Assembly (NCBI GenBank): GCA_965645245.1
Contig: OZ287081.1
Location: 682,001-746,000 of the forward strand
DNA: 64,000 nucleotides
Direction of reading: 5' to 3'
Source: Massalongia carnosa
Taxonomy: Eukaryota
In this document: one piece after another, positions 37,517 through 49,901 of the stretch
Position numbering within the stretch: position 1 is the first letter of the stretch
Layout of the letters: every line of letters starts with the position of its first letter
Translations under genes and position numbers: made by a program
Notes under the pieces: model-generated
The model's input: only the letters and a program-made list of their open reading frames with translations
The model's database searches: none
Told to the model about the DNA's origin: nothing

Positions 37517-39245
37517 ATGTCACCGCCTCTGGACAAGGAATTCGATGACTTTCCACCCGCCATCAAACGTAAGGTAAGAATTTTCATCATTTTTTGTCCG
37601 ACTCCTCTCAGGCAGACTTGTACGCCAACGTCCTCCCACCCCCGTCCCATCTTGCTCTGGCATGCACGGATGCATTCTGCGCTTACCCTTCCCGTCATAC
37701 GCTCATTTCCGCAATTGATGTAAATCCCCTTCGCTGGCGAGGGGATTGAGGGGCCTCGAGAAGGCCACTTATCGTCCGCCTTCACTCTATATACGCTGAC
37801 AACTCATGTCGCAGTACTTTTCAACCTTGGAACGATTGAGAATCGCCCAAGAAACGGTCTTCAGCATCACATGCGCTTCCGCTCAGCCAGACGGAAAAGT
37901 CAATGCGCCGAAAAGAAACCTCCTGCCTTGCTTGAACCGAAACGCAATCCATTCCGGTACCCCTTGGATTCGACGGGCCGAGAAACCTCCCGCCTCGACT
38001 GTTGATTACTTCTCTCGAGCAGATGCGCAATGGTTCATGAGACTGCCCGATAAGGTACAGAAGACACAATTCACAAGGGAGGAACAATTGTTGCTCGCCG
38101 GGCATTACGACGCTGTCATTCCGGACGCAGCCGACGAGGTGTTCTATCGGCTCGGTCACCAGCGGAATCAAAGTGTTCCGAGCCTGCAATCGCCCACCTT
38201 GTCAAGCCGATCATCTCTTAGCTCGCTAGAATTCGATTGCTTCAGCAATTCCGACAGCGATATGGAGGATTCAACGATGGATGGTTTTCGATGGTTGGAT
38301 GACGACGATGATTTAGACCTATCCCTGGACGACTATCATACACATATTATTTCCATTACCGAACCTTCCAAAAACCCCTCATCGCGGCGCCCGTCGTTTC
38401 GACGAAGCCTATCGCTCACGAATCTGCCTTTTGGTTCAACGAAACCCCTGTCCGCCAACAAATCGCTCGTTCCACCCAATCCAATGCCACCGCCGTTAGC
38501 CACATTACACAACCAAATATCACCTTCCCGGCCACAACAGATCAGATCTAAACCCTCACAAAACATCCCGACTCCCAGAAGTTCTCTTCAAAGACCCAGA
38601 CCCCCTATCAAATCACCCGCACAACACTATCAAGACCCAGAAGCCCGCCTTAAACTTCGAGTATACCTTGCCTCGCCACAAAAATTCGACGAAGCCATCG
38701 AATTCGGCTTTCCGTCCCTCCAAAACCAAGAAATTTATCTCCCGCCTATAAAAACCCGCCCTCCGCTCCCAAAAACCCATCACACCGAACCCACCCTTTT
38801 GACCTGGTTCCACGACGATGAGCCGTCTATCTTCGATGCCCTGGGCTCCGACTCCGATGCCACCACCCTTCCCGAAAGGCCCCACAGCCCGGCCTTCCGC
38901 GACCCACATTGCCATCATTACCACTCTTCACCGCTTAGAGGCTCCAACCCGACCGAATGCTCCGTCCCATTCCTCCGCCCCTACCACCCACCTGCAATAC
39001 CCTACGCCCATATTCTATCCGGTACCCGAGAAATGACACTACGCATGACACTCACCCGCCCGGATCTACGCAAGGATAAGGACCAGCAGAGTGACGTGTT
39101 GTATAATGGCCAAAGTGACGATGATCCCCTCGCGCTAGAGCAGCTGCCGAGTTTGGCGAGCGGAGGGGGGATCTGGGATTCTTTACCGGTGAGGGATGGA
39201 GTGGTACGGAAGCTCTGGCAAAGGGTGAGCAGGAGAGGTGGATGA
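37517..39245 (+). CDS. Conserved Pezizomycotina hypothetical protein (S/P-rich, often labelled mucin-like); intron 37574-37814
   Basis: MSPPLDKEFDDFPPAIKRK/YFSTLERLR joins in phase 0. Conserved-looking blocks YQDPEARLKLRVYLASPQKFDEAIEFGFPS and REMTLRMTLTRPDLR. Confidence 0.8.
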
Positions 39246-41274
39246 GTGGCATTTTCGATTGTGAATGAAGGGGAGCGGGCAAGACGATGTCTTTTCTATT
39301 TGGGAGTTGCATGATACCTCTATCTTATATTTTGATAATGATACCACATTTTCCGGTTTCCGATTTTCGATTTCTTTTTCCCAGCCACACCCCTCCCCTC
39401 TTAAATCCAAAAGTTTCCCCAAATTCAAAGTGATCCCCATACTTACTCCAAATTCCGTTAATCATTCTCAAGAGCTCGGCTCGTTTTCATTGTGTACTTG
39501 AATTCGTCACGCTCCTCATTTCGCTCCTTCGCTTTCCACCTTCCTCTTTCCTCTCGCTGGTATTTTCCTCTCGTTCTTGATCGACCAGCGAGGGACTGAG
39601 TAACTTACCAGCTATGTAGATAAAGTTTATTCCCTCATTCGTCGTTCAGCTTTCTCTCCATCAATAACCTACTTCACTCAATTTAGCCTGTCCGATTTCA
39701 AAATAAAATCCTAAAAACGCCTTTTGCCCAACCCACAAAAAACCCGAAGTCCCAGCCATCTCGTTGTCGAACTGCTGCTTCATTCCATCCTTCTTTCTGT
39801 CGTTTTCTCTCCCTCGGCTACCATTCACTCCGATGGAGACAGCGCAAGCAGAGGTACCATATCTAGATAAATCCACGATAGGGAGTTGGGGGGTTTCGTT
39901 CCCCTTTCAATAGAGGGAGGACTGAGGAATCTATCTTGATTGGCAGGCAAGCCGCTAAATACTTGCGGGTTATTCGAGAGGAGGATGGTGATGAGATGTT
40001 TACCTGTATGCTGATGCAGGGCTGATTTGGATGGAAAACTTTCTGTCTTTTTTTTTCGTTTTGCGTTTCTTGTCTCTGGTTTGAGGTCCGCTGTTGCGGA
40101 GTTTGTCGTTTTTGTTGCTTCTTCTGCTTTTTGGGGCGGTGGTGAGAAAATGAAGTGAAGGAGAGGAGAATAGCCCGGAGGAATGGGAGTGAAAATGAAT
40201 GGAGAGAAAGTAGTAAGAAGGTGGGGAGGCGGGGAGATGGACATGAGAGACATTTACAGATGCAGGACGTGAACGATGGGGGGGGTCTGCGCCTTTTCAA
40301 CATCGAAAACTCGATAGGAACATGATATTAATGCATTTGATGTACAGGTAGAAACCTGAGGTTTCGAGAGGTATAAACGCAGCCTAGATACATAAATCCC
40401 TTTATCCCCATTCACGTCGCAAACGTACGTGATTGCAAGATTTAATAATGTAGGAGGGGAGGTTGATACTATAAAGGCAATACCAGTGACGGACCGACAG
40501 AGGTATGGATAGAGAGGTATATTATTAGAACATATCGGATGGGGGGTTTTGATCCAAAGCAAAAGACCTCTCGGCTTTGAAACTTTTTTGTTAGAAAAGG
40601 CAATAGGAGCGTTTGAAATTGTGCTGGAATCTCGGGGTTGTGAGATCAGGTTTGAGGATAGTAGTCGTGTTTATGCTCTCTCTTCATCTCATACTCCAAA
40701 TTTTCGAGGTTGAAAATCTTGTCCTTTTTCTCTTGCGTTATCACTTCTCTCTACCTTTCAATCGTTTCATTTTTCTAATTTGAGGGATAAGGGGGGTTAG
40801 GGAGATAGAAGAAATTAAAGAAGGCAGAGAAAAAGCTGTAGAGGTAGATAGAACTGGTTACAATAGTAACGGGATATGATAGAAGAAGTGATGAGTTTCC
40901 TAATCTCGGAATCAAAAGGGAGACATAAGTCATTAAATCGGAATTACGAGTTTATAAGGGCTGTAGGAGAGAGGTAAAGAGTTATGTTGGTAAAATGAGA
41001 AGGGTGAAAGTGAGAATGGAGGACTGATGATAAATAGATGGTTGAACTGGCCTAAGTAGGTAGTAGGGCGGAGGAATGGCTAGGCGGGTACTTGAATACA
41101 TACTTGGCTACTAAGAAAGCGAATAACCATATAAATAAACAAGTGAACAGGCATCTAGATAGCCGAGTCGCCTGATAAACAAGTCACAAGAGTAATTTCG
41201 AAAGTCCCTCTCTTGATAGGTCTATAGCATCAAGTTCAAAGAGAATGCTACAAAGTTAACATATAACACTAATG

Positions 41275-41470
41275 AGCCTCGACCTTGGTTGTCTGGCTGT
41301 TTGACAGAATAGGAAAACAACCTTGATTGAGATGAGATATTTGATTTTCGGTATAAGATATCGCTTTCCATATCTTGAAACCTCAACAATTGAGAGCCTC
41401 GACCTTAGTTTTGGCGGTTGGACTGGATAAGAAAACAACTTCAATCGGGGTAAGATTTGTTTTTAGTATC
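41275..41470. repeat. Degenerate tandem repeat with about 120-bp period
   Basis: GAGCCTCGACCTT(G/A)GTT...GAAAACAAC recurs at 41275 and 41395, with weaker copies near 41560 and 42900. Confidence 0.6.
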
Positions 41471-44250
41471 AAGTTCTAGCCTTAGGTAAGCTTAGTTTTC
41501 CATGACTTGATTAATCAAGTAGTTAAGGGTTTATATTCTCGAAACTCAATGCTCAAGAAGCTCGACCTCATATTGAGAGTTCAACTGGGAATAACTATAA
41601 GCTTAATTGATTTAAGGACGATTAACATGTATCATCTTTCGACCTTTGCCACCCCAACGCCTGGGATCTTCGAGTTTTATATTTGGCCTTTTTTGCATGC
41701 TAAAGTATTCCTCAAATACTGAGTTTTAAATCTCATGCCTTCATTTTTAAAATCCATGCTGTCCGTGTGTTGATTTTGCACTTATCTTTCACCTATCTAT
41801 CTTCATACCTCCTTAACCCTCAAAGAAAAGTTCAACACGTAAAAAGACAGATAAAAGGGAAAATAAATAAAGAAGTGCATGCTCGAATTCAAAATAAGAA
41901 GTAGAATGTGAGACTGAGCTACAGAATTTTATTCGTAGATGGGAACAAGGATGAATAGCCCTTGATTTTTTTCGGCCTATTTTGCTTTAAAAAAAATTGG
42001 GGTTTCCACCTCATAATCCTAATAAGCCTCAAGAGGTTACCGGGATTTTCTATCTTAAATAGGAGAACTTAAATTTAATTAGCTGGATGGACTGATGATG
42101 AGGTAAACAGATGGCTAGGTGATTGGATATATTACTAGATATACAAGTAGCTAGGTGAGTAGGTAAATTCAGAACTCAAAGAGTAAGTCGGATGAGCAGG
42201 CTTAGGGATGAAAGGAGCGGACATGCATATAAACCAGGCTGCATTCCGTATATCTAGGTGGTCAATTCTTAGAAAAACAACGTCAACTAAAGTAATCTGT
42301 TCACTTACTTGGATTACTGGCCTAGGACGATTGGCATGGAGAAAAAACCCGGGCGAGGGGATCGAAATACATAAAGCGGAAAGTCTTCGACTCCTAAGAA
42401 CCTTGAGCTCAGTTGTTGGGCTTTTTGATATGATATAAATATATGAAACCTCAAATAGGATTGTCCGTCCAGCCGGCTTTTACTCTTAACAATTATTGGT
42501 GTTTATTGTTCAAGCCAGGAAGAAACATGAAGAAGTATAATCCCACGCACATAAACTTTCTTGATATAATCATGAGTCTTAAAGGATCTTGGAAGGATCG
42601 TGGGATACTGTTGCGATTTGTTTTTGTTATTTCCTTTTTCTTTTGCACAAATTGCTGACAAGGTGCCTGGCTGGATAGGCGACCTGCAGGATGGCTAGAT
42701 GTGGTGTTGAGTATATAGCCGAGTACAGAGTACGTAGATACAGATCAGATGGATAATTGCAAACTGAACCGATAGATGAACAGCTACTTGATGGCTGAAA
42801 ATTCTTCAACACCCAAACGCCCTAACCTTAATGCATTGGCTGTTCAGCTGAAAAACAAACAACTCGATCTGGAATAGGTCGTTCAATTATCTTAGGAATT
42901 TCGACCTTAGTTGGCAGGCAGTTCAATAGTACAGCAAATCAGAAAATAACATCAATTAGGACTCGTTAAGTATTTCGGGATAAGCTGGTTTCTCTCCCCT
43001 TATGGAGAGAAAGCCCAGCTTCTAACATCGGAGATAAGCACTTCACACTCACCCTCTCAAAACCTAAGATTTAAGAGGGTAAGGTACCAATGTAAGAGAG
43101 GAGATATAAGGGATGATAGGAGGAGGGGTTAAGGGGAAAAGTAGACCCTTGTCCACGAGAATATATGAGGGGTAATCACGAAAGAGTTTGACTGGTGTGC
43201 CTTATATCGTAGCCCAACCTTTTGGCATGCAAAAGCCGCGGTCTCTAGGCTTCTTCAAGTCTTGGCAGTTAGACAACCTGAGCATTGGATGGTCGAGTCA
43301 ACTAAGGAGAAAAACAAGCTGTGTGAGGACCAGATTAATGTCGTGGTTACTTGTTTATTTCCCCTTGATGAGCAGGCACTCTGGCTGAGCGTTGGATATT
43401 GGAAAGACCTTGATAAGACAGCGTGTAAATAGATTTCAGCCTCTCTTCGAAAAGAGCATTACAGCTCGCCCGCTCAGTCATCAGCCCTTTCTTTATGAGC
43501 AAAGCCGGCGGTGAAGGACTGCAGCATCGTCACGGCGGTAGAGATAATACATACCACTCCACTTTCGCTTAACCGAATCCATTCCTGGCCCGAGCTCGCT
43601 TAACAGGTTCTCGATGTTTTCCTTTTGGTAGGGTTTAAATATAGTGGTGATCGGGTTTCCTGAGGGCAAGCTCCGCTCCGCCCTCGGGTAATGCTGATCA
43701 TCTTTTTTTGCAACGTACAAAAATCTACCTTTATTACTACACACGTAAACTTCAATGAAGTATTATCAAAATTAAAAGTCATATCGTAGTGACTATTTTT
43801 AACATCGGAGATGTTTTTCTAACTTTAAAAGGTTATTACCGTTACTTCTAAAGGAGAAATAAATCATAATAACCTTGAGGTTACTTTGCTGAGTAGGTAC
43901 TCTACTGTATACCAAGCTTAGAGTAGCTAGTACCAGTCGAAATCCACACTTGTAGTATTTAATGGAGCTAGCTAAGAAGAGTATAATCTAATATCAAGGT
44001 TCCCTCCTATTTCAATGTCATGCGTAGAAATCAAACGGACAAAGTAACCACAATACAAACACATTCTCGGCCACAACTCTCCTGCTCAACTTGCAAATCA
44101 AAAGCCCGCTATGCAGATGCTATAAAATAGTCTTCAGCAAACATAACTCTAATACCATTTCCCAGTGCTCCACGCAAGTCAAGAAACGCCGCAATATGAA
44201 AAAGATCTGCTCAAGATAGAAGAACGCTTGAAAACTCGCTCCATATCAAT

Positions 44251-46355
44251 CTAAGCAGCTTCTGAAAACCTTGCCGCCTTATCCTCCACGGCTCTCTCCA
44301 ACCAAAGAAATTTGATCAACGTCTTTGTCGCATCGTACCCTAACGCCACAAGGCTTAGACATGTTGTGGACAAATGACCGGCGAGAAATACATCCTCAGT
44401 ATTAGTTCGCTCACACGCGGCCCCCACTAGTAAAGCCCACACCAAGACGCCGGCATCACTGTCCCAAAAATGGAAGATTGAGCTCTCAAGAGACACCCGC
44501 AGATCCCGCACAAGTCTCGCATTAGCAGGACTGGCAAAGGGAATATTATGGTATACAGCGCGAAAGTAGATCTGTCCAGCTAGTCTGGAGGCTCGGTAGA
44601 TATGATCCTGGGAAAGAACACTTCCTTCTGTTGGGACCAAGTCGAGACGGCGGCAAATCAGTTCACACCGCGTAGCTTTTGTCGACGTTTTTAGGCTTAC
44701 CATAGGGCCAGCGTCTTCGAAAATCCTAGTAAGCTCGTTCATGTCGTCTAGAATTTGAACTGTTTCCGATGATAGGAAAGGATGACTCGATTGGCTGGGG
44801 TAACCGTTATAGCGTTGCAAAGGTGAGTCCAAGACATTCCCAATAGGGCTAGCTTGTGATTGGAAGTTTGCTCTTTCTTGCAAATCTTTATTAGAGAGTA
44901 GAGCCAGTTGGGTTCGGAAGATAATCGTGCCTAGTATATCGCACCTATTCACCGGTCAAATAAAATCAAAAGAAGGATTAGCTGGTTGGAAGAAATTTAC
45001 ATCCCAAGTGTTTGATATAAAAGCCAATTCGAACGGAGAGCTTGTAGGCCGCCTCTCATCGCAATTAGTTTTTGTAATCCAAGCATGTGCTTCGTATGGT
45101 CGTCTGCACCCGGGTTCTGTATTTCAAGATTTAGTATATGTTCAGCAAACTACTGTCTTGCTTCTGTCCAATCTGCCAAGGGACAAACAGCCCTATCTAT
45201 TCCGATGGGAGGTTATACTCTGTGTATTTGAAACACTTGGCATCCGTCTAAAGAAAGAGAGCATACCTCGAGATGAGCGGCCGAAGCCATGCATAAGACT
45301 GCACCAATGGTGTCATCGCATACAGCTGCGTCTGTATCACTGAGCATCTCATTGATCTTTTTGAGAGCGTGGCCTTTAAGAGCATAACATTCTGCTTTGT
45401 ATGCCGTTGGATTCAGGAAGTTGATGTGGTTGACTGCAACGAATGCTTGTGCATAGAGCAAAGTCTCATTTTCCAGTATTGACGGCATCCATTGCTCCCA
45501 TGCTTCATGATTGCAGCCACCACACAATCGAGATGCTTGCTCTTGATACCCTACATGAACAAAAATCAACACACGGCAAAATTGGTGAAATCAGATCATT
45601 CAATGGACGAGGATAGTAAGTCTGTGCCAATGATATATTTATTGAAGGACCAGATACTCCAAGGAGGGGAAATACTTACAGACACTTAGATGTCGATATA
45701 TTAATTGGCCAAGACGAGCTTGAAACTCGACAGAATTCAGGTCCACACTTAAGGGATAGTACATCTCTTGTAGCAATACCGAAGTCTTGTCGAATCTTGC
45801 ATTTGAGGGTGAGTTATGTACAGCGGTGGAGCTTACAGATTTCTAAAAACGTTAGACTGAGGGTGAAAGTTCAAATTGATAATAGCGTACTCCGCTTCTC
45901 TCAACGTTTGGTATTGAGGAGAATTCGGTTGTTGACGTTTTGAGACCAGTCTCGGCATAATTCCTTGGAGGGGGCAACGATTTCTTCCGATCCTTTGCTC
46001 GGCCTGACTCCTTACCTTGATAATCATGCATGACATGACGACTGATGAGTCTCTGGATTTTTTCGTCTTTGAAATCAGCTGGGCGGTCCGTGGTTATCCA
46101 TAATAGATTAGAGGAGCCTGATGTCGTCGAGTGGACTGCCGGTCCGGGTTTCATTGCGCTTGAGCTTGTTGAAAACTGGGTTCCTCGTTGAGTAGTGTAG
46201 GAGACAGTGCTATGGCTCGGTCGACGTGTTCGAAGGTCTCGCTGGCTTGCCAGGCTTTCTCCGGAGACCAAAGGTAAATCGTCAAGGTCACGACCACTTG
46301 GCTGTACTGATTTGATAGATATATCTCTTTTCTTACCTGGGTGTTTTCCTGCCAT
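44251..46355 (-). CDS. Fungal-specific transcription-factor-domain protein (Fungal_trans_2/DUF3468-like) lacking a Zn2Cys6 cluster; at least 5 exons
   Basis: N-terminal ISRHVMHDY motif, ALKKINEMLSD...DDTIGAVLCMA, HMLGLQKLIAMRGGLQAL and LVWALLVGAA. Exons join in frame at canonical sites. The start may lie in an extra exon at about 46501. Confidence 0.75.
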
Positions 46356-46959
46356 GGAAACTCGCTTCCCTAGGAAATATTAAGTGTCGTCCGTTGGTTT
46401 CGGGCCAGAATACAAAAAAAAAATTCTGTGTAGTCTCGAGTTCGAACTGTTGGGTTGCTGTAAAAGAATATTGCAGCTTCTTCGAAAGGACAAAAGGGCA
46501 TTTATAGAAGCCATTGCGGCTTCTTCTAAAGTCATAGCTCCTCTCTTGATACATGATAAAGAGGAGGAGGCGCTATGTGAAGCTTCTGTAGGTATTCCGG
46601 ACCATTGTTCCATAAGCTTTTAGGCAGATAATCGTTCTGAAAATGATCCAAATACACTGCCCCGCGATTGTGTGCAGGGCAGTGTTGGATTCCTCATAGC
46701 TTGCTATTATGAAGGACCGACCAAGGTATTGAAAAGCGGTGGTGCCTGTCATGACTCACTAGTCTGTAGAATGAGGGGTCTGGTAACATCAATATATCAA
46801 CTCTATAGGATGACAGCGATAGATCAGACGTGACGATAGTTAGCAGATGTTACCGACGGCTTCTGCCAAATCAACATTTAGACACTGAAAGATACATTAC
46901 TCTAGTGCAGATTATTCCATTGGTAACATAAGATAGATTGTACATTATACATATCAATG

Positions 46960-47560
46960 GTGACCGCCTATACACGTATACACCAGCCTAGCAATCTGGC
47001 CAAGGTTATCCTAAATTTCACCATCTTCAGAGGGTACTGGTGTACACTTCGTAGCTGGCTGACTAAGTATAGTCGAATATTTACTGGTTTCCATTGAGTT
47101 GAAAGGTTCTTCGGCCATCTTGCCGTACTACTTACCTCCCTTGCGTTTAATGTTTCGCTTTCCCCTTTTCCAGTCGTTGAACTATTTGTTGGTTCCGGGG
47201 GCGGTTTGAGCAAGAACTGCACCACCAACCCAAACCTAATGACGGTGGCTTTGGTTGGATGTGGAAGTCAATTTTACAGCTTCTAGCTTCCGTTAACATA
47301 AAATAGATCTTAAGGATGTCGTGCCATGACTGACCTAGGAACCCACGATTCCTGGCGGGTATCACTTATCATGTTTTTGTTCCACCAGAATGAGGCGATC
47401 TTTGTAGTACCCGACCAATTTATCCCATCTCGCTTCTTCAAGAACAGCCTCCGGGTGCAACGACGCGAAGGATCTACAGCCTTCCCGTGCAGGATCGTAG
47501 GTGATTTAATTCAAGTACCGGCATGTTCGATAGGTACCAAAAACCTTATTTCTACAATTA
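46960..47560 (+). pseudogene. Degenerate cytochrome P450 C-terminal fragment
   Basis: HQNEAIFVVPDQFIPSRF (PERF-region-like) at about 47382-47435, a frameshifted EGLR-like ExxR near 47101, and an IPGG remnant near 47350. The heme FxxGxRxC motif is not intact. Confidence 0.55.
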
Positions 47561-49797
47561 GAAAACTCATCTCAATGACCTGGCTACGTATGCCGTAACG
47601 GTTTCTCGAGTATGGACTAATCCTCCCGAGTGCATGTCTTTTGTTCTGAGAGGCAATGTTGAATAATTTCACCAATTGTATATCAAGCTACCCGTCGCGG
47701 CAGAGCCTGCCAAGTCAGCACTATCCACAAATCGAGAAACACTTGCCGCTATTCCTGAGTGGCACGCGAAGAGCTTTTCTCAAGTTGTTCCATCCTCTCA
47801 TGTTGGAGGAGCACGGGAGGTCATATAAGGTTCGCTGATGGGGCATTGATACTCCCCAATGCTGATATCATGACGAATTACCATACTCTCCACGGTCAAA
47901 ACAGTTCGACTTCCAAAACATATCATTGAGGCTCATCGTTCTTTTACTGCTGAGAGCTCCGAAATGGAAATAGAAGTATTGCCCTATTGTATACCTACAA
48001 GCTAAGTTCTAACTCCGCTGATCTTTCAGCTATGCATCTTTAAGGAGGATCGTTTGTTGATGATGTTGGACGGGCGTGACACCCCCAAACGTTTCGAAGT
48101 TTAAGTCCGAGACTCTTGGCGAGTAAAATAGTCAACCCAACCTCGTTGTTCTGAAATCTAGCATACTAATGTGCCAATTGTGCTATGTTCTATTTCCATC
48201 ATCATATTTCATCGCCCAGTCTTTTCTATCTCTCCAAATATCCTGATCATAATTCAACTTATTTTATTGATAACTGGACGTTTGGTGAGTTCCTGATAAA
48301 TAAACTCTGATGTAGATTAGTTGATACGAAAGATAGTTGTTTGCCAGTGCTGAAGGTTTGTTTCGAGTTGCAATGTGTGCAATGTGTGCATCTACTAATA
48401 AAGCACAAGGGTTCAACTGCTAGTTTCTTTGAGCAAGTTAAGCTTTAATGAATAGAATATTGAGGACTTTATCATCTATCTACGCTTCACTATGTTTTAT
48501 GTTTTTTAGATTCAAAGATATCCCTGAGCTCTTTTTCCTGGCACATTTCTCATGATGACCAATGCTCATTAACAGCGTTATTTCAGCTCTCGGGGGTAAA
48601 ATACAAACAGCAAACAGCAAAAGTCTACAATATGCACACAAGCAGTGTTTTGGCCATAACTCAAGCAAATAGGCCCACAGTCTCTTAGTTTACTATGAAG
48701 AGGATACAACGACCTATTCGAAGATATACGAGGTTAAGGCTTTTCTAATGAAAGTTTTGAATAATCTACAAACTGCGCTCCGTATAGGCTTCAACCAATC
48801 GATACCTGTATATCTTTACCATATGCCATTTGCAGCTGAAAAGTACTTAATAGCTACCAGAGTTGCACACTGCAAACGAATACTATGAGCAGCAAAAAAA
48901 AGAGGTAGCAAACCATTGCTTACGTATAAGTTCATATTTTAGTAGTAAGTTTTCAAAGAACGAGTAGATCATCTAGCAACACGATTTCATCATGGATGCC
49001 TCTAGGATCACTGTTGGCAAAGGCGGAATGACATTTCAGCATATTCAAGAAGCATTCTATATGAATGGCCGGATTTAGAGCATCATACTCTGCACTGGCT
49101 TGGCCACGGCGAGACGCTTATGATTTTCAATACTGACATATCATCGCTGCAGGTATCTCGGAATATGTCGAGTGGCTGCCAGGTACTGGGACAGGATAAT
49201 TGTGACAGATCCCAAGATCACATCCTTTGCACGGTGGCAATTATGACATCCATGCAAGGACTTTTAACCCAACGATGAATACAGAGTGTATTATTAAGGA
49301 TACCTTGAAACCCATTTCCCATACGTACCTATATACATTTCATAGCCTCAATCAGCCCAGGGCAGCAACCCTACTCACGCCGCCTTTGCACCATTATACT
49401 TGCTTTGTTTTGGTGCCGCTTGTCGGATGTCAGCAGTGGATCGGGCATACGTATCCATATATGGATATATGGACAAGCCAACGGCAATGTGGCAGTGTTT
49501 AATGGTGAACGGCGCTTTACCACCCGCCCGCTCTGTATGATGACATTATAGCGCTTTTCAATAAGCACCATAATTGTGCCACATTTCATCAATAACTTCG
49601 CCTAGGTGAGCCCAACAGCTCAAAGATCGGTATGATAGATCACATATTGCATATGTACGATCGCGAATGTATGCAGATAAGAGCTGTTACTTACATCGAT
49701 CATATTCAAAAGGTTTTAGATATCTGAAGACGGTTTAATATTTTTCTGCGAAACGAGTTTTTGCCACGCCGAAGATTGACACGGGATAGTAGGCCTA

Positions 49798-49815
49798 CAG
49801 TCGAACCCCGCCATA
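49798..49815 (+). repeat. Left terminal inverted repeat of the pogo element
   Basis: CAGTCGAACCCCGCCATA, preceded by TA. Confidence 0.92.
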
Positions 49816-49901
49816 ACGATGGTGGCGTTTTACCAAAATAATTTCGTTATAGCGGGTTTTTCGTTATATCGGGGGAGATGGGGAAAAGCATGGTAAATTT
49901 A

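Noticed and set aside
37569..37870. Splicing regenerates GTAAGT at the exon junction, like a [D5,6] stwintron
   Set aside because: The bases encode R-K-Y in a conserved-looking RKYFSTLERLR block, and no branch site follows.
45964..46015. Apparent extra intron or frameshift in the TF-like gene
   Set aside because: Using the TTTTTAG acceptor after the CTAAC branch near 45850 keeps the frame, so no extra event is needed.
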